The notes: generated by a model from the sequence alone, not told the origin. Counted from the stretch's first letter, positions 1-19,710 are shown. The stretch is DNA of 64,000 nucleotides from an uncultured Planctomycetota bacterium (GCA_963823665.1 CAWGMQ010000005.1:1792001-1856000), one strand, 5' to 3'. Translations and numbers: made by a program.

Positions 1-630
1 TGTAAGCGAGCGCGCGATGCCGGCATCATAGTAGTCAACATCGACAACAAGCTCGACCGCCAGGTGCTGCTCGATCAGGGGTTGAAGATACCCTTCGTGG
101 GGCCTGACAATCGCGCGGGTGCTCGCGTGGTTGGTGACTTTCTGGCGAGGCGGCTGAAAGCGGGGGAAAGTGTGGTTGTGCTAGAGGGCATCCGCACCGC
201 GCTCAATGCCCAGGAGCGGAGGCTGGGCTTTGAGGACGCGATGAAATCGGCAGGCGTGAAGATCGTCGACTCCCAGACAGCTCAGTGGGAGATGGATCAG
301 GCGAATCGCATTGCCGAGGCGATGCTCACCGAGCACCCGGCTATCAAGGCCATTCTCTGCTGCAACGACAGCATGGCCCTGGGGGCACTGGCCGCGGTGA
401 AGTCAGCCGGTCGAGCCGGTGAAGTCTTGATTGTCGGCTTCGACAACATCGAGGCGATTCAATTAGCCGTCAAGGATGGGTCTGTTCTGGCGACCGCCGA
501 CCAGCACGCGGATCAACTTGCGGTGCACGGGATCGAGCTGGCACTCAAGCTTCTGAGGCACGAAGCCGCGCTCGATGATATGTCGACACGCGTTGACTTG
601 ATCACGGCGGAATCGCTTGGAAAACGATAG
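1..630 (+). CDS. Sugar ABC transporter periplasmic binding protein (RbsB-like), 5' partial
   Basis: Frame open from base 1 (…GIIVVNIDNKLD…); motifs VGPDNRAG, ERRLGF, NDSMALGA, IVGFD, ATADQ typical of ribose-type binding proteins. Confidence 0.9.
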   Translation, partial: CKRARDAGIIVVNIDNKLDRQVLLDQGLKIPFVGPDNRAGARVVGDFLARRLKAGESVVVLEGIRTALNAQERRLGFEDAMKSAGVKIVDSQTAQWEMDQANRIAEAMLTEHPAIKAILCCNDSMALGALAAVKSAGRAGEVLIVGFDNIEAIQLAVKDGSVLATADQHADQLAVHGIELALKLLRHEAALDDMSTRVDLITAESLGKR

Positions 631-643
631 AGACCGACATCTC

Positions 644-1686
644 ATGGACGTGATTCCTGCGGCGCCTGATCTTCAAGGTGACGAAGCAACTGTAAGCTGG
701 CTCAAACGCGCCCGCGCCGCCTCGCTGGGCTGACTGATGTTGTGGCCATGCTGGCCGTGCTCGCGATCCTCATCGTCCTCTTCGGACTCTTGAGCCGGCA
801 TTTCCTCACGTTGCGGACGCTGCAAAGTGTCGTCAACCAGGTGCCTGACCTCATGGTAATCGCGACCGGCATGACGCTTGTCATGATCGCCGGTGGGATT
901 GACCTATCGGTCGGCTCAGTGCTGGCGCTTTCGGGAATAGTTCTGGGAATCGCAATGGTCGACTGGGGCTGGCCGCTTGTGCCTGCGATTGCGTTGTGCC
1001 TGGTCGTGGGAGCGGCGTGTGGGCTGGCGAATGGAGTCGTCTCGGCACTCTGGTCGATTCCTTCGTTCATCGTCACGCTCGGCATGCTCGAAATTCGCGC
1101 GGAGCTGCCTATCTGGTCGCGAATTCGCAGACCAAGTACATCGGCCCGCGGATTGAGGGAGTCGCGCGGCCCGTCGCGGCGATTGGCGTTTCACCAGCAT
1201 TTCTTGGCGCAATTGTGGTGGTGTTCATCGCTCAGATCGCGCTCACTCGCACCGTCTGGGGCCGCTACGTTATGGCCTCGGGCGCGAACGAGCAGGCGGC
1301 GAGGTTTTCGGGCATTGCCACGAGGCGAATTAAACTGACGACCTTTGTGCTCTCGGGTTTTATGGGCGCGCTCGCGTCGGTGTTTCAGGTCGGGCGGCTT
1401 TCCTCGGCCGATCCCAATGGCGGGATTGGTATGGAGCTATCGGCGATCGCTGCGGTTGTCATCGGGGGGACCAGCCTGCTGGGCGGCCAGGGCTCGGTGT
1501 TTCGGTCATTTCTGGGCGTGCTCGTCATCGCCGTTCTTCAAACGGGGCTGGCCCAGGTTGGGGCCACGGAGTCCGCCAAGCGATTGATTACCGGTGGCGT
1601 GATCATCTTCGCGGTGGTTGCTGACGTCCACCGGAGACGCTGGGGCGGGGCAACTGCAAAGGCTTGGACACGGGTCATGAACGCGA

Positions 1687-1712
<26 letters not shown>
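644..1712 (+). CDS. Sugar ABC transporter permease (RbsC-like), frameshifted near ~715 and ~1097
   Basis: GMTLVMIAGGIDLSVGS and IPSFIVTLGM in ORF 742-1338; GANEQAARFSGI and ELSAIAAVVIGGTSL in ORF 996-1712; ATG at 644 lies in a third frame. Confidence 0.85.
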
Positions 1713-8295
<6,583 letters not shown>

Positions 8296-8525
8296 CCCTG
8301 CGCGGCCCTCTGCACAAGTAGCAATCGTTGGATCAGCCCGGCGACAGTGTGAACTTGGTAGTATACACGTGTTGCCATTGGGGTGTCCACGGGTGGTGTA
8401 GATTGACGAGGCGGGCTAGCGAACAGGGATTGTGTCTTTCGCGGGTGGGTGACGCTGCCGTACCTTAATGCGTAGGCGACCCGGAGAGCTGAACTGCGAT
8501 TCAACGGAACGGATGGCGCGGGACC

Positions 8526-9110
8526 ATGCGGCATGCGGGTGGCGAAACCATCTGGTCGATCGAAGACTACCGCGACTATCTGCACTTGCTCGTCCGGCTC
8601 CAGCTTGGCTCGGGACTTCAGGCCAAGCTGGATGCCTCCGACGTTGTGCAGCAGGCGATTCTTCACGCTCACGAGAGGCGGACCCAGTTCCGGGGCGCGA
8701 CGGAGGCGGAGTGGCTCGGCTGGCTGCGCGCGATTCTGGCGAATGCCCTGGCGGGGGCGTCTCGACGACTCCACACACAAGCACGAGATCTTGGTCGCGA
8801 GCGTTCCCTGGACGCCGAGCTCGAGCATTCGGCTTCCCGGATGGAGCGCGTGCTCGCGGCCGATCAGACCTCGCCCAGCGAACGGGTTGTGCGTGGCGAG
8901 GAGCTGCGGCGGCTTGCCCACGCGATTGCCCGGCTGCCAGAGGATCAACGCCGGGTCGTGGAGCTGCATTATTTGAAGGGGCTCACGGTTGCCGACGTGG
9001 CGGAGCAGATTGGACGCACGCGCCCGGCGGCCGTCGGCCTGTTATTTCGCGGGTTGAAGCGGCTTCGCGAGCTGCTTCACGACCCGGAGGAGTCCAGGCA
9101 TGGGGCGTGA
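8526..9110 (+). CDS. ECF sigma-70 factor (planctomycete kinase-associated type)
   Basis: KLDASDVVQQ, WLRAILAN, TSPSE, LPEDQRRVVELHY, GLLFRGLKRLRE; overlaps the start of the downstream kinase. Confidence 0.9.
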   Translation: MRHAGGETIWSIEDYRDYLHLLVRLQLGSGLQAKLDASDVVQQAILHAHERRTQFRGATEAEWLGWLRAILANALAGASRRLHTQARDLGRERSLDAELEHSASRMERVLAADQTSPSERVVRGEELRRLAHAIARLPEDQRRVVELHYLKGLTVADVAEQIGRTRPAAVGLLFRGLKRLRELLHDPEESRHGA

Positions 9111-11363
9111 ACTCATCGCCGACCCGGAGCGAGAAGAGCGGCGAAACCAGATCCTCCTGGACTACGTCGAGGCGCTCGAAGAAGGCCAGCAACCGGACCG
9201 GGGCGCGCTACTTGAGGCCCACCCGGACCTGAGGCCCGACCTGGAGGCGTTTCTCGACGGCGACGCCGAGATCCAGAGACTCACGGCGGGGCTTCGTGTC
9301 GGCGGGCGAATCGATGTTCATGGGCCTCTTGAAGAGCCAAGCGAAGCACCGGACGATCGTCCTGCCGGGATCGGCGCACTCGGCGATTTCCGGCTCTTGC
9401 GCGAGGTGGGCCGAGGCGGGATGGGAGTGGTGTACGAGGCCGAGCAGATCTCGCTCCGGCGGCGGGTTGCGCTCAAGGTCCTGCCGTTTGCTGCCGCCAT
9501 CGACCCGCGCCGGCTCCAGCGTTTCAAGACCGAGGCACTTGCGGCTGCGCACGTGCAGCACGAGAAAATCGTGCCGGTGCATGCCGTCGGCTGCGAACGA
9601 GGCGTTCACTATTACGCGATGCAATTCATCGAGGGGCAAAGCCTGGCCGCACTGATCGCGGACCTTCGCCGCCTGCGCGATGAGCAAAGCGCTCGCCCAT
9701 TCGGGGCCAGCGGGGAGCAGAACGACCGGGTGGCTGTGGGCGATCTGCCCGCAAGCCTTGCCGAGTCGAGTACGGGCGGCGATATCACGCTCGCCGCGAC
9801 GGCTATTTCGCGCGAACGATCGTCGGACTGCCGCCGGTATTTCGAGCGAGCGGCCGGGCTGGGCCGGCAGGCGGCGCTGGCACTGGAGCATGCGCACCAG
9901 TCGGGGATTGTGCATCGCGATGTGAAGCCGGGTAACCTGTTGCTGGACCTCCGGGGGCAGCTCTGGGTGACTGATTTCGGGCTGGCTCAGGTCACCGGCG
10001 ACCCCGGGCTCACGATCACGGGAGAGCTGCTGGGAACGTTACGTTACGCCAGCCCCGAGCAGGTTCTCGCTCGCCGCGGAATCGTCGACCACCGCAGCGA
10101 CATCTACTCGCTGGGCGCGACACTCTACGAGCTGCTGACGCTGCGCCCTCCCTTCGAGGGCCGCGACCGCAACGCGCTCTTCCGCCAGATCGCCGAGGAC
10201 GATCCTGTTCCACCGTGCGACCTGGACCGCTCGGTGCCTCGCGAGTTGGAGACGATCGTACTCAAGGCGTTGCGTAAGGATCCGGCCGACCGATACGGGA
10301 CGGCCCTGGAGATGGCCGACGACCTCGCGCGTTTCCTCGACGGCCGGCCGATCCTGGCTCGCCGGCCGACACCGGCCGAGCGGCTCCGAGGGTGGGCGCG
10401 ACGGCATCCCTCGCTCGTCGGGTCCGGTGTCGTGGCTCTCATCCTTCTGTCGGTCGCGTCGCTGGTGAGCATCGGACTCGTCCGCCGCGAACAGGCCAGG
10501 ACGCTTGAGGAGCAGCGGAAGGCGGAGTCGGCTTACCTGCGGGAGCGCCGCGCGCGGAGGAGGCCGAGGCGCGATTCGGCCTCGCCCGCCGGGCCGTGGA
10601 CGAGCTGATCCGGGCCAGCGAAGAGGAACTCGCACACCGGCCGGGCATGGAGGGGCTACGGAAGCGGCTGCTCACAACGGCGCTCGCCTACTACCGCGAA
10701 TTCATCGAGCAGCGCGGGAGCGACCCTGACGCACAGGCTGAATTGCGCGATACCACGCGACGGGTCGAGACAATCCTGGCTGATCTGGCAGTCCTTCGCG
10801 CCGCGGGGCAGCTTTACCTGCTTGCCCAGCCTTCGGCGCTCGATGACCTACACCTCGACAAGGGCCAAAGGGCGAAGGTAGCCGATCTTTCCGATCGCGC
10901 CGGGAGGCGGTGGATGGAGTCGTTCGGCGACCCGGCCCATCGGCACCCTCCGGTCGAGCGCGTGCGGATCGCTCTGGAGCAGGCCCGCGCCAACGAGGCT
11001 GAGATCGACGCGATCCTGACGCCATCGCAGCGGGTACGGCTGCGGCAGATCGCTCTCCAGGCTGAGGGGGCTTCAGCCTTCCGGGAGCCGGAAGTCGTCG
11101 AGGCACTCGGGCTTGCGCCGGGCAGCGCGAGCGAATCCGCGCGATCGAGGAGGAGAACCTGTTCAACCAGATGCGCGAGATGAACTCGGGGAAGGCCGCC
11201 GAGGCGACCGGCAAGACGGCGATGGAGCACATCGAGGGAGTGCTGACTGGCAGAGCAGGCGCGGCGCTGGAAGGAGATGGCCGGTGAGCCGATCCGCGGC
11301 ACGCTCAACGCCTTCCCCACGCCGTTCCGAACACAGCGCGACCCGCGGCGGATGACTCGCTGA
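9100..11363 (+). CDS. Ser/Thr protein kinase with TM segment and C-terminal helical domain; apparent frameshifts near ~10555, ~11120, ~11250
   Basis: GRGGMGVVY, VALK, HRDVKPGN, DFG, YASPE, DIYSLG; coding continues in ORF 10596-11183 and two further frames to a TGA at 11361-11363. Confidence 0.85.
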
Positions 11364-11489
11364 GGGTTGCTCGATGGGCCGGAACGCGAGTGCGAAAAAA
11401 ATCTGTCTCGCGCGCGACACAAACCGCCGGAATGCATCTCTACCTTCAGGAAATGTCTCCGTCAGCCTGATTTCTCGTGAGGTCACTGC

Positions 11490-14400
11490 ATGCGTCGACG
11501 AGCCCTCGCCACTGCAACCGTGCTGAGCTGCTGGGTCCTATTCCTTGCCCGCCCGGTGCCGTACTCAAGGGCCGCGGACGACGGCGACGCAAAACGTAAG
11601 GCAGCCGGCGCGGACTTCTTCGGTCTCACGAAGATCGTGAAGCTGGACATCCAGATCCCGGCGGAAGAATATCAGAGCATGCAGCCCCCTGCCCCGCCGG
11701 GTGCGCCGGCGCGCCGGGTGGTCCACCGCCGGTTCGTCGTCCGGGGAAGCCCGGGGAGCGAGCAAGCGAACGGAACCTCTTTGGCATCGAGTTTCGCTGG
11801 GCGCGCGGGGACGTCACGGTAGAAGGGAAGACGTACAAGGGCGTCAGTCTCCGGTACTCGGGGAATGCCTCCTACCTGGCATCGGCGGGGGGCCTGAAGC
11901 GTTCCCTCCTGATCGAGTTGGACAAGTCCGAGCAGGCCAATTTCCACGGGCTTCGCGCGATTCAGCTTCAGGGCGGTGCGCTTGACCCCACGAAGGCGCG
12001 GGAGGCGCTCGCCTTCGCCTATTTCCGCGAGGCCGGCGTGCCCGCGCCGCGCACGGCTCTGGCCGACGTAACGCTCACCGTCCCCGGCGAACATGACAAG
12101 GCTTATCTCGGCCTTTATACCCTCGTCGAGCCCGTGGACCGGGCCTTCCTGACGGATCGCTTTCATACCGACAAGGGTCTGCTCGTCCGGCCGCAGGGAC
12201 TTCGCGGCCTCGATTTCCTGGGCGACGGTTGGGCGAGATACCGCGGCCCCTACCGGCCTCTGGCCGAGCCGACGCCCGAGGATGGCAAGCGCCTCATCGA
12301 GTTCCTCCGGCTCGTCGGGCAAGGCGACGACGAACAGTTCCGGAAGGAGATCCGGTCCTACCTCGACGTCGAGGAGTTCCTGCGATTCATGGCCGTCCAG
12401 GCCCTGATCGCGAACGCTGACGGCTTCTTCACGCTCGCGTACAACTACTCGCTCTTCCTGGATCCGAACACGAACCGATTTGTCTTCATCCCCGGCGACC
12501 AGGAGCTTTCGTTCGCGAACTTCTTGATGATGGGATCGGCCGATCAGCTCATGGACATGAGCCTTGCCCGCCCCTACGGCGGGGAAAACAAGCTGGCCGA
12601 CCGGCTGCTCGCGATCAATGACGTGAAAGATGCCTATCAGAAGATCGTGAAGGACCTCGCCTCGAGCGTTTTCCGCAAGGAGCGCCTCCTGGCCGACGTG
12701 CTGGCCATCGACGGTGCGACAAAAGCGATGCGCGAGCGCGAAGCGGCCGCGCGCGAGGAACGAGCGGAGCCGCCCGTAGGATTTGGCCCGCCGGGAGGGC
12801 CGGCGGCGCCTGACCTCCGCACGTTTGCCGAGAAGCGAGCTGTCTCGATCGCGGACCAGCTCGCGGGCAAGAAGGATGGCTATCGGCCTCAGTTTAACTT
12901 CGGCCCGCCGGGCCGTGGGGCACCAGCGAAGCCAGTCGACGACAAGACGATCGGCGACGTGGTCAAGGCGCCCTCCGGGTTCCGCGTCACGCTCTTCGCG
13001 GCGCCGCCGAAAGTCGGTTATCCGGTGACTCTCTCGGTGGCTCCAGATGGTGCGGTGTATGTCGCCGTGGACGAGCAGGGTTCGCTGGGCCGTACGCCGG
13101 GGGGCGGCCGGGTTCTCCGCTGCTACGATGACGACGGCGACGGCAAGGCCGACCGCGTGAATGTGTTTGCGAAGATGGACCACCCGCGCGGCGTGATCGC
13201 TGTGGACGGGAAGGTGTGGGTACTGCACCCGCCGTTTCTGAGCGTGTTCCTCGACAATGACGGCGACGGCGTCTCTGACCGGCAGGAGGTGCTGGTCTCG
13301 GGGTTGACGACCAGTCTGATCGACGAGCGCGGCGGCGACCACACGACCAACGGCATCCGCATGGGCGTTGACGGCTGGATCTACATCGCCGTGGGCGACT
13401 ACGGATTCCACAGGGCCAAAGGGAAAGACGGCACCATACTCTCCCAGAGGGGCGGCGGCATCCTCCGCGTGCGACCGGATGGAACGGAGCTGGAGGTTTT
13501 TGCGACTGGCCTGCGCAATCCGTTCGCCATCGCAATCGACCCGTATTTGAACCTCTTCACGAGGGACAACACGAACGACGGGGCTGGCTGGGACGTGCGC
13601 GTGAGCCATCTCATCCAGACCGCGGAGTACGGCTATACACGCACATTCGCCAACTATCCCGACGAGATCATGCCGACGCTCGGCGCCTACGGCCAGGGGG
13701 GCGGAACGGGCGCCTTATTCCTGCAAGACGAGCGATGGCCTCAGTCGTATCGCGGCGCGCTGCTTACCGGTGACTGGGGACGGAGCGAGGTCTACCGGCA
13801 CGACCTGCGCCCGGCCGGGGCGAGCTTCCGTGCGAATTCGACCGTGTTCCTGTCCATCCCCCGGCCGACGGGCATGGACATCGCCGGCGACGGCCGGCTC
13901 TATGTGGCGAGCTGGCGAGGCGGCGAGGCTGCCGTCTATGTCGGGCCACAGGTCGGCTTCCTCGCGTGTGTCACGCCACCCGGCTGGAGCCCAACCTCGC
14001 CGGCCACAAGACCGAGTTCGGCCCCGCTCGCCGAGCTTATCGACGAGTTGTCAGACCCGAATGCCACGGCGAGTTTTCACTGCCAGCGTGAAATCCTCAA
14101 GCGCGGCCCGTCGGCAGAGACGACCCGGCTTCTGGCCGGCGTCGTATCCGATCCCGCACGGCCTCTGCACGGGCGAGTCGCGGCCCTGTTCGCGCTCAAG
14201 CAGCTCGACGGGACCGGCTCGCATGCCTTGCTGCGGACACTCACGGACAACGGCATCCGCGAGTTCGCACTCAGGGCCCTGGCCGATCGCAAGACAGAGC
14301 TCAAGGGTGTCGAGACCGGCCCGTTCGTGGCGGCACTCGCCGATTCCTCGCCTCGGGTGCGGACACAAGCCGCGATCGCGCTCGGACGATTGGGGGATCT

Positions 14401-15457
14401 CAGGATCGCTGCAAGCCTCATCCCACTGACATCGCGTCCGGAGGGCTCGCTGATGCCGACGGCCAGGCCCGTGCATGCTCAGCCGGACCCGGATCGGGCC
14501 GTGCCCCATCTGGCCATGCGGGCGCTTGTGGCGCTGCGGGCGGTTGACGCTTGCCTGGAAGCACTCGATGGCCCCCATCGCGAGGGTGCCCTTCGCGTCT
14601 TGAGGTTCCTGCACGAGCCGAAGGCCGTTGAAGGGCTCATCAAGAAGCTGTCGACGGCACATTCCGCCGAGGCACGCCGCGGCCTACTGGCAACCCTGGT
14701 GCGTCTCTATCATCGCGAGGCGCCCTACGAGGGAAGCTGGTGGGGAATTCGGCCGGACACCACCGGCCCGTACTTCGATCCGCAGGAGTGGGAGGGCAGC
14801 TCGCGGATTGCCTCGGTGCTGAAGGCGGCCGTTCTTGACAGCGACACCGAGACGGCGACGTTTCTCCGCCGCGAGCTGGCGCGGCAGCGGGTGCGCCTCA
14901 AAGGGCTGCCGGCCGACTCCGGGGCAGACCGGCACAGGGAAGAGGAGATCCGCGTGTTGATCGCAAAGACCGATCCGAAGAACCCGGATCAGATCGGCAA
15001 CATGACGTATGAGACCGCCGTGAGGCGCGCCCTGGATGCGAGGGGGGACGCAGAGCGAGGCAAAGCCGCGTTTGCGGCGCAGTCATGCCGCGCCTGCCAC
15101 ACCGTTGCCGACGGCCAGACGCCCAAGGGCCCGCATCTGGTGGACATCGGCAAGCGCTATAGCCCCGCGGAGCTCGTGGAGTCGATCTTGAAGCCGAGTG
15201 CCAAGATCGCGCAAGGGTACGAAGCCTACAACTTCGCGATGGCCGACGGCCGGGTCTTTAGCGGCTTCGTCGTGAGCGAAGGAGGCTCGACGGTGCAGAT
15301 CCGCGAGTCGTCGGGCGCCCTGCACGAGCTGAAGCGGTCTGACATCGAGGAGCGCCGGCGGCAAGAGCCGTCAACAATGCCCGAAGGAATTGCGGGCACG
15401 CTGACGCCCGGCCAACTGGCGGATCTTGTCGCCTATCTCCAGTCGTTGACACAATGA
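11490..15457 (+). CDS. Secreted CotH-kinase-like domain fused to PVC-type heme-binding protein (sorbosone-dehydrogenase-like propeller, HEAT repeats, cytochrome c); frameshift near ~11710
   Basis: Signal peptide at 11490; CotH-like GVPAPRT, YLGLYTLVE, YLDVEEFLRF, YNYSLF, FIPGD; propeller motifs DGDGKAD, NGIRMGVDGWIY, GLRNP; CRACH heme motif, GPHL, SILKPS, STMPEG. Confidence 0.85.
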
Positions 15458-15498
15458 GTCAGGCTAAAGCCTGACCTACAGTGAGAGGTTTTCCCCAA

Positions 15499-18194
15499 AT
15501 GATGAGATTTTCAGCCCGAGCGGCGCCCCTCATCATCCTGGTCTTCATGAGCCAGGCCCTCGCTCAGACTCAGCGGTTCCCCGCGTTTGACCCGGAGCAG
15601 ATCTTCGTTCTCGGCGACGCCGACTTGGACGGCCGGCTCTCGCTGGAGGAGTATCGCGAGCTGCTCCGAGCCTCGCCCCGGATGAAGGCCGCAGCGACCT
15701 CGATCGAGCCGCTGTTCCGCCGGCTTGATACCGACCACGATGGGTTCGTCTCGCTGCCCGAATACCGCAAGAGTTTTCCCCAACGGTCGACCGGTGCGCC
15801 CGTCAAGCCGGAAGCGCCCGCCACGGCGGTGGCCAACGCCGGCGTCAAGATCACCCCCGATCAAGAAAAGTTCTTCGAAACAAGGATCCGCCCTGTCCTC
15901 GTGGGACAATGTTTCAAGTGCCACGCGAGCACCGCGGAGAAGTTGCGGGGCGGGCTGCGACTCGATACGCGCGATGGCCCGCGCACGGGCGGCGACTCCG
16001 GGCCGGCGGTCGTACCTGGCAATCTCGAGGAGAGCTTGCTCATCCGCGCGATCCGCTACACCGAGAAGGAGCTTCGCATGCCGCCCAAGGCGAAGCTCCC
16101 CGACCAGGTCGTCGCGGACTTCGAGGCCTGGGTGAAGATGGGTGCGCCCGACCCGAGGTCTGATGGAGCAAGCGCCACGGCTCGCCCCCCGGTTGACCTT
16201 GCGAAGGGGCGAGAGTTCTGGTCGTTCCGGCCGCCGAAGAAGTCCGAGCCGCCCGCGCTTAGCGCGCAGACTGGCCGCGCGGCGAGATTGACCGCTTCCT
16301 CCTCGCCGCGCTTGAGGCACGCGGTCTTTCTCCCGTGGGAGACGCCGATCGCCCGGCGCTGGTGCGCCGGGTGACGTTCGACCTGCTCGGGCTGCCTCCC
16401 CCGCCCGAGGAGGTCGATGCGTTCCTGCAAGATCGCTCGACTGATGCGTTTGCCCACGCGGTCGACCGGCTGCTCGCCTCCCCCCGCTTCGGCGAGCGAT
16501 GGGGACGGCACTGGCTCGACGTCGCGCGGTTCGCCGAGTCAAGCGGTAAGACGAACTTCACGTATCCCCAGGCCTGGCGGTACCGCGACTGGGTGATCGC
16601 TTCGTTCAACGCCGACAAACCTTTTGATCACTTCGTCCGCGAGCAGATCGCGGGCGATCTTCTCCCCGCCCAGGACGACCGCAAGCGGGCCGAGCAGCTC
16701 ATCGCAACCGGCTTCCTCGCCATCGGCAGCAAGGCCCATGACTCCGAGAACCACAGGCAGTTCGTGCTTGATGTGATTGACGAGCAGATCGAAGCGACCA
16801 CGCGCGCCTTCATCGGGCTCACGGTCGCCTGCGCCCGCTGCCACGATCACAAGATGGACCCGATTCCCCAGCGCGACTACTACGCCCTCTCGGGAATTTT
16901 TCGCAGCACCCAAACCTGTTCGGGCACGCTGGCCGGCGTCTTCCCGAATTTCAACGCATCGCCGCTCGTCGAGCTGCCCGCCGGCGCGGATGTGGCGTCA
17001 GCCGTATCGTCGCTCTCGGCCGCTCAGAGAACCGCGATGGAGGAGCGCGTGGCCACGCTCGTTCGCGAGCGCGACGCCATTCCCCGGGGCGAAGCGAGCC
17101 GGGACCGGATGCGGCGGGTGAACTCGCAGCTCGCCGTGGTGCGATACCGCCTGGCCATCGACCGCCCCGGCAACACGCCCCGCGCCTTCGCGATGGGAGT
17201 GCGCGAGCGAGACCAGACGATCGACAGCCCGCTGTATGCGCGCGGCGAGCTGGACCAGCCCGGTGAGACCGTGCCTCGAGGCCTCGTACGGGTGCTGTGC
17301 GCCGAGACGAACGCGACGATCGCCGAAGGAAGCGGCCGTCGCGAGCTCGCTGATTGGCTCGCCTCCTCTGCGAATCCGCTGACCGCCCGTGTGATCGTGA
17401 ATCGCGTCTGGCTACACCTCTTTGGCCGCGGGCTGGTGCCGACGCCTGATAACTTTGGGGCCGCCGGCGGCGCACCGAGCCACCCGGAACTGCTCGACAC
17501 GCTGGCTGTGGAGTTCATGGCGGACGGCTGGTCGACCAAGAGGCTGATCCGCCGGATCGTGCTCAGCCGGGCTTATGGCCTCAGCTCGGCCTATGATCCA
17601 CGTAATTTCGAGACTGACCCTGATAACACACTCGTCTGGCGGATGAGCCGGCGGCGGCTCGAAGGCGAGGCCGTGCGCGATGCTCTACTGTTCGTGAGCG
17701 GACGGCTCACGACCGAGCCGCCGGTCGGGTCGATGGTGGCGCGTACGGGTGAGGGACTTGCCATGTTCCTGCGCATGACCGGCCTGGACGCTTCGGACAC
17801 GCATCGGTCTGTCTACCTGCCGGTCGTCCGGGATCAAGTACTCGAATCGCTCGCCCTGTTCGACTTCGCCGACCCGAGTCTAGTCACCGGGCAGCGGGCC
17901 GCGACGACCGGACCGGCCCAGGCGCTTTACTTCATGAACGGGCCGTTTGTGATCCGGCAGGCAGAGGCCCTGGCCGAGCGCGTTTGCAGTGCAGTTGAGC
18001 CCGAAGCCCGTAGAGTCGACATGGCCTATCGGCTTGCCTTCGCGCGTGCGCCAACCGAAACAGAGCGAGATCGCGCCGTGGCGTTTCTGCGGGATTTCGC
18101 GGGACGCGCCGGCGGGACCAACCCGATGCGGGCGGCCTGGTCGGCGTTATGCCAGGCCATGTTCGCCAGTGCTGAATTCCGGTATCTGTATTGA
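15499..18194 (+). CDS. EF-hand + planctomycete cytochrome c (PSCyt1) + DUF1549/DUF1553 protein; frameshift near ~16265
   Basis: DADLDGRLS and DTDHDGFVS EF-hands; FFETRIRP, CFKCH; RFGERWGRHWLDVARFAES, CARCHDHK, NPLTARVIVNRVW. Confidence 0.9.
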
Positions 18195-18232
18195 TCGACC
18201 GCGTGCTGCTACGCCCAGAGAGGACCGACCCG

Positions 18233-19615
18233 ATGCCCCCGATTGGTTTTTCGCGGCGTGCATTGCTGAAGCGAGTCTCATCCGGGTTCGGCTATCTGGC
18301 CTTCGCGGGTTTGTCGACGATGGAGGCCGCCGGTTCGGGCGACTCGCCGCTGGCGCCAAAGCCCCCGCACTTCCCAGCGCGGGCCAAGCGGGTGATCTTT
18401 CTTTGCATGAACGGGGCACCTTCGCACGTCGACACGTTCGACTTTAAGCCCAAGCTTGCGGACGCCGACGGCAAGGTGTCCGATCGTCCGGGCCGCATTC
18501 CAGGGGCGAAGCTGATGAAAGCGCTATGGAAGTTCCAGCAGCGAGGAAAGAGCGGGCTGTGGATTTCCGAGTTGTTCCCGGAGGTCGCCTCACACGCCGA
18601 CGAGCTGTGCGTGATCCGGAGCATGCGCACCGACCTGCCGGCGCACCCGGAAGCGTACCTGATGTTGCACACCGGCAGCTCGCAGTTCATCCGCCCCTCG
18701 CTGGGCGCGTGGACGCTCTACGGTCTTGGGACCGAGAGTGACGATCTGCCCGGGTTCATCTCGGTGAAGCCGACCGGACGCAACGGTGGTGCGCAGAACT
18801 ACGGCAGCGCGTTTCTCCCTGCCGCCTGCCAGGCGACCCGCATCGGCAACGAGGGGCAACCAATTGCCCAGGCGCGGGTCGGCAACATCAAGAACCCTGG
18901 GCTGAGCGCCTCGAACCAGCGGCTCCAGCTCGACTTCTTGCAGGCGATGAATCGTGAACTTCTGGAGCGCGAGCGGGTTGATCCCGAGGTCGAAGGGGTG
19001 ATCCAGTCGTACGAGCTGGCCTTTCGAATGCAGGGGAAGCTGCCCGCCGTGACAGACCTCGCAGGCGAGTCGGCGGCGACCAAAAAGCTCTATGGCCTGG
19101 ATGATCCGGCGACCGCGGACTTTGGCCACCAGTGCCTGCTGGCACGACGCTTCGTCGAGGCCGGCGTTCGTTTCGTCGAGCTGACGCACGGCGACTGGGA
19201 CCAGCACCGCGGCCTGAGGGCCGGACATACGCGGAACGCGCGGGCCGTCGACCGACCGATTGCCGGGTTGCTGACAGACCTCCGCACGCGCGGGTTGCTG
19301 GACGACACGCTCGTGATCTGGGGCGGCGAGTTCGGCCGCACGCCGCACGGTCAGAATGCCGACGGCCGCGACCATAACAACAAGGGATATACAGTCTGGC
19401 TGGCCGGCGGAGGCGTGAAGCCGGGGACCGCCTACGGCCAGACCGACGAGCTGGGCTATGAGGCGGTCGAAAACCCCATGCATGTGCATGACCTCCATGC
19501 CACCATCCTGCACCTGCTGGGGCTGGACCACGAACGCCTGACGTATCGCTATGCCGGCCGCGACATGCGGCTGACCGACGTCAAGGGAATCGTTCACCGT
19601 GGCATCCTGGCGTGA
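18233..19615 (+). CDS. DUF1501 family protein (sulfatase-like, Tat signal)
   Basis: SRRALLK Tat-like motif; AKRVIFLCMNGAPSHVDTFD, LLARRFVEAGVRFV, WGGEFGRTP, HDLHATILH, RLTDV; follows DUF1553 gene. Confidence 0.93.
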   Translation: MPPIGFSRRALLKRVSSGFGYLAFAGLSTMEAAGSGDSPLAPKPPHFPARAKRVIFLCMNGAPSHVDTFDFKPKLADADGKVSDRPGRIPGAKLMKALWKFQQRGKSGLWISELFPEVASHADELCVIRSMRTDLPAHPEAYLMLHTGSSQFIRPSLGAWTLYGLGTESDDLPGFISVKPTGRNGGAQNYGSAFLPAACQATRIGNEGQPIAQARVGNIKNPGLSASNQRLQLDFLQAMNRELLERERVDPEVEGVIQSYELAFRMQGKLPAVTDLAGESAATKKLYGLDDPATADFGHQCLLARRFVEAGVRFVELTHGDWDQHRGLRAGHTRNARAVDRPIAGLLTDLRTRGLLDDTLVIWGGEFGRTPHGQNADGRDHNNKGYTVWLAGGGVKPGTAYGQTDELGYEAVENPMHVHDLHATILHLLGLDHERLTYRYAGRDMRLTDVKGIVHRGILA

Positions 19616-19710
19616 CGCCCGTGGGGGCTAGCGCAGGAGAGCATTGCTCGCGCGGGTCGTGTATATTGCAGCGTTCCTGACATCCTCCCCGAGGTTCCGA
19701 GGCCACTCCG

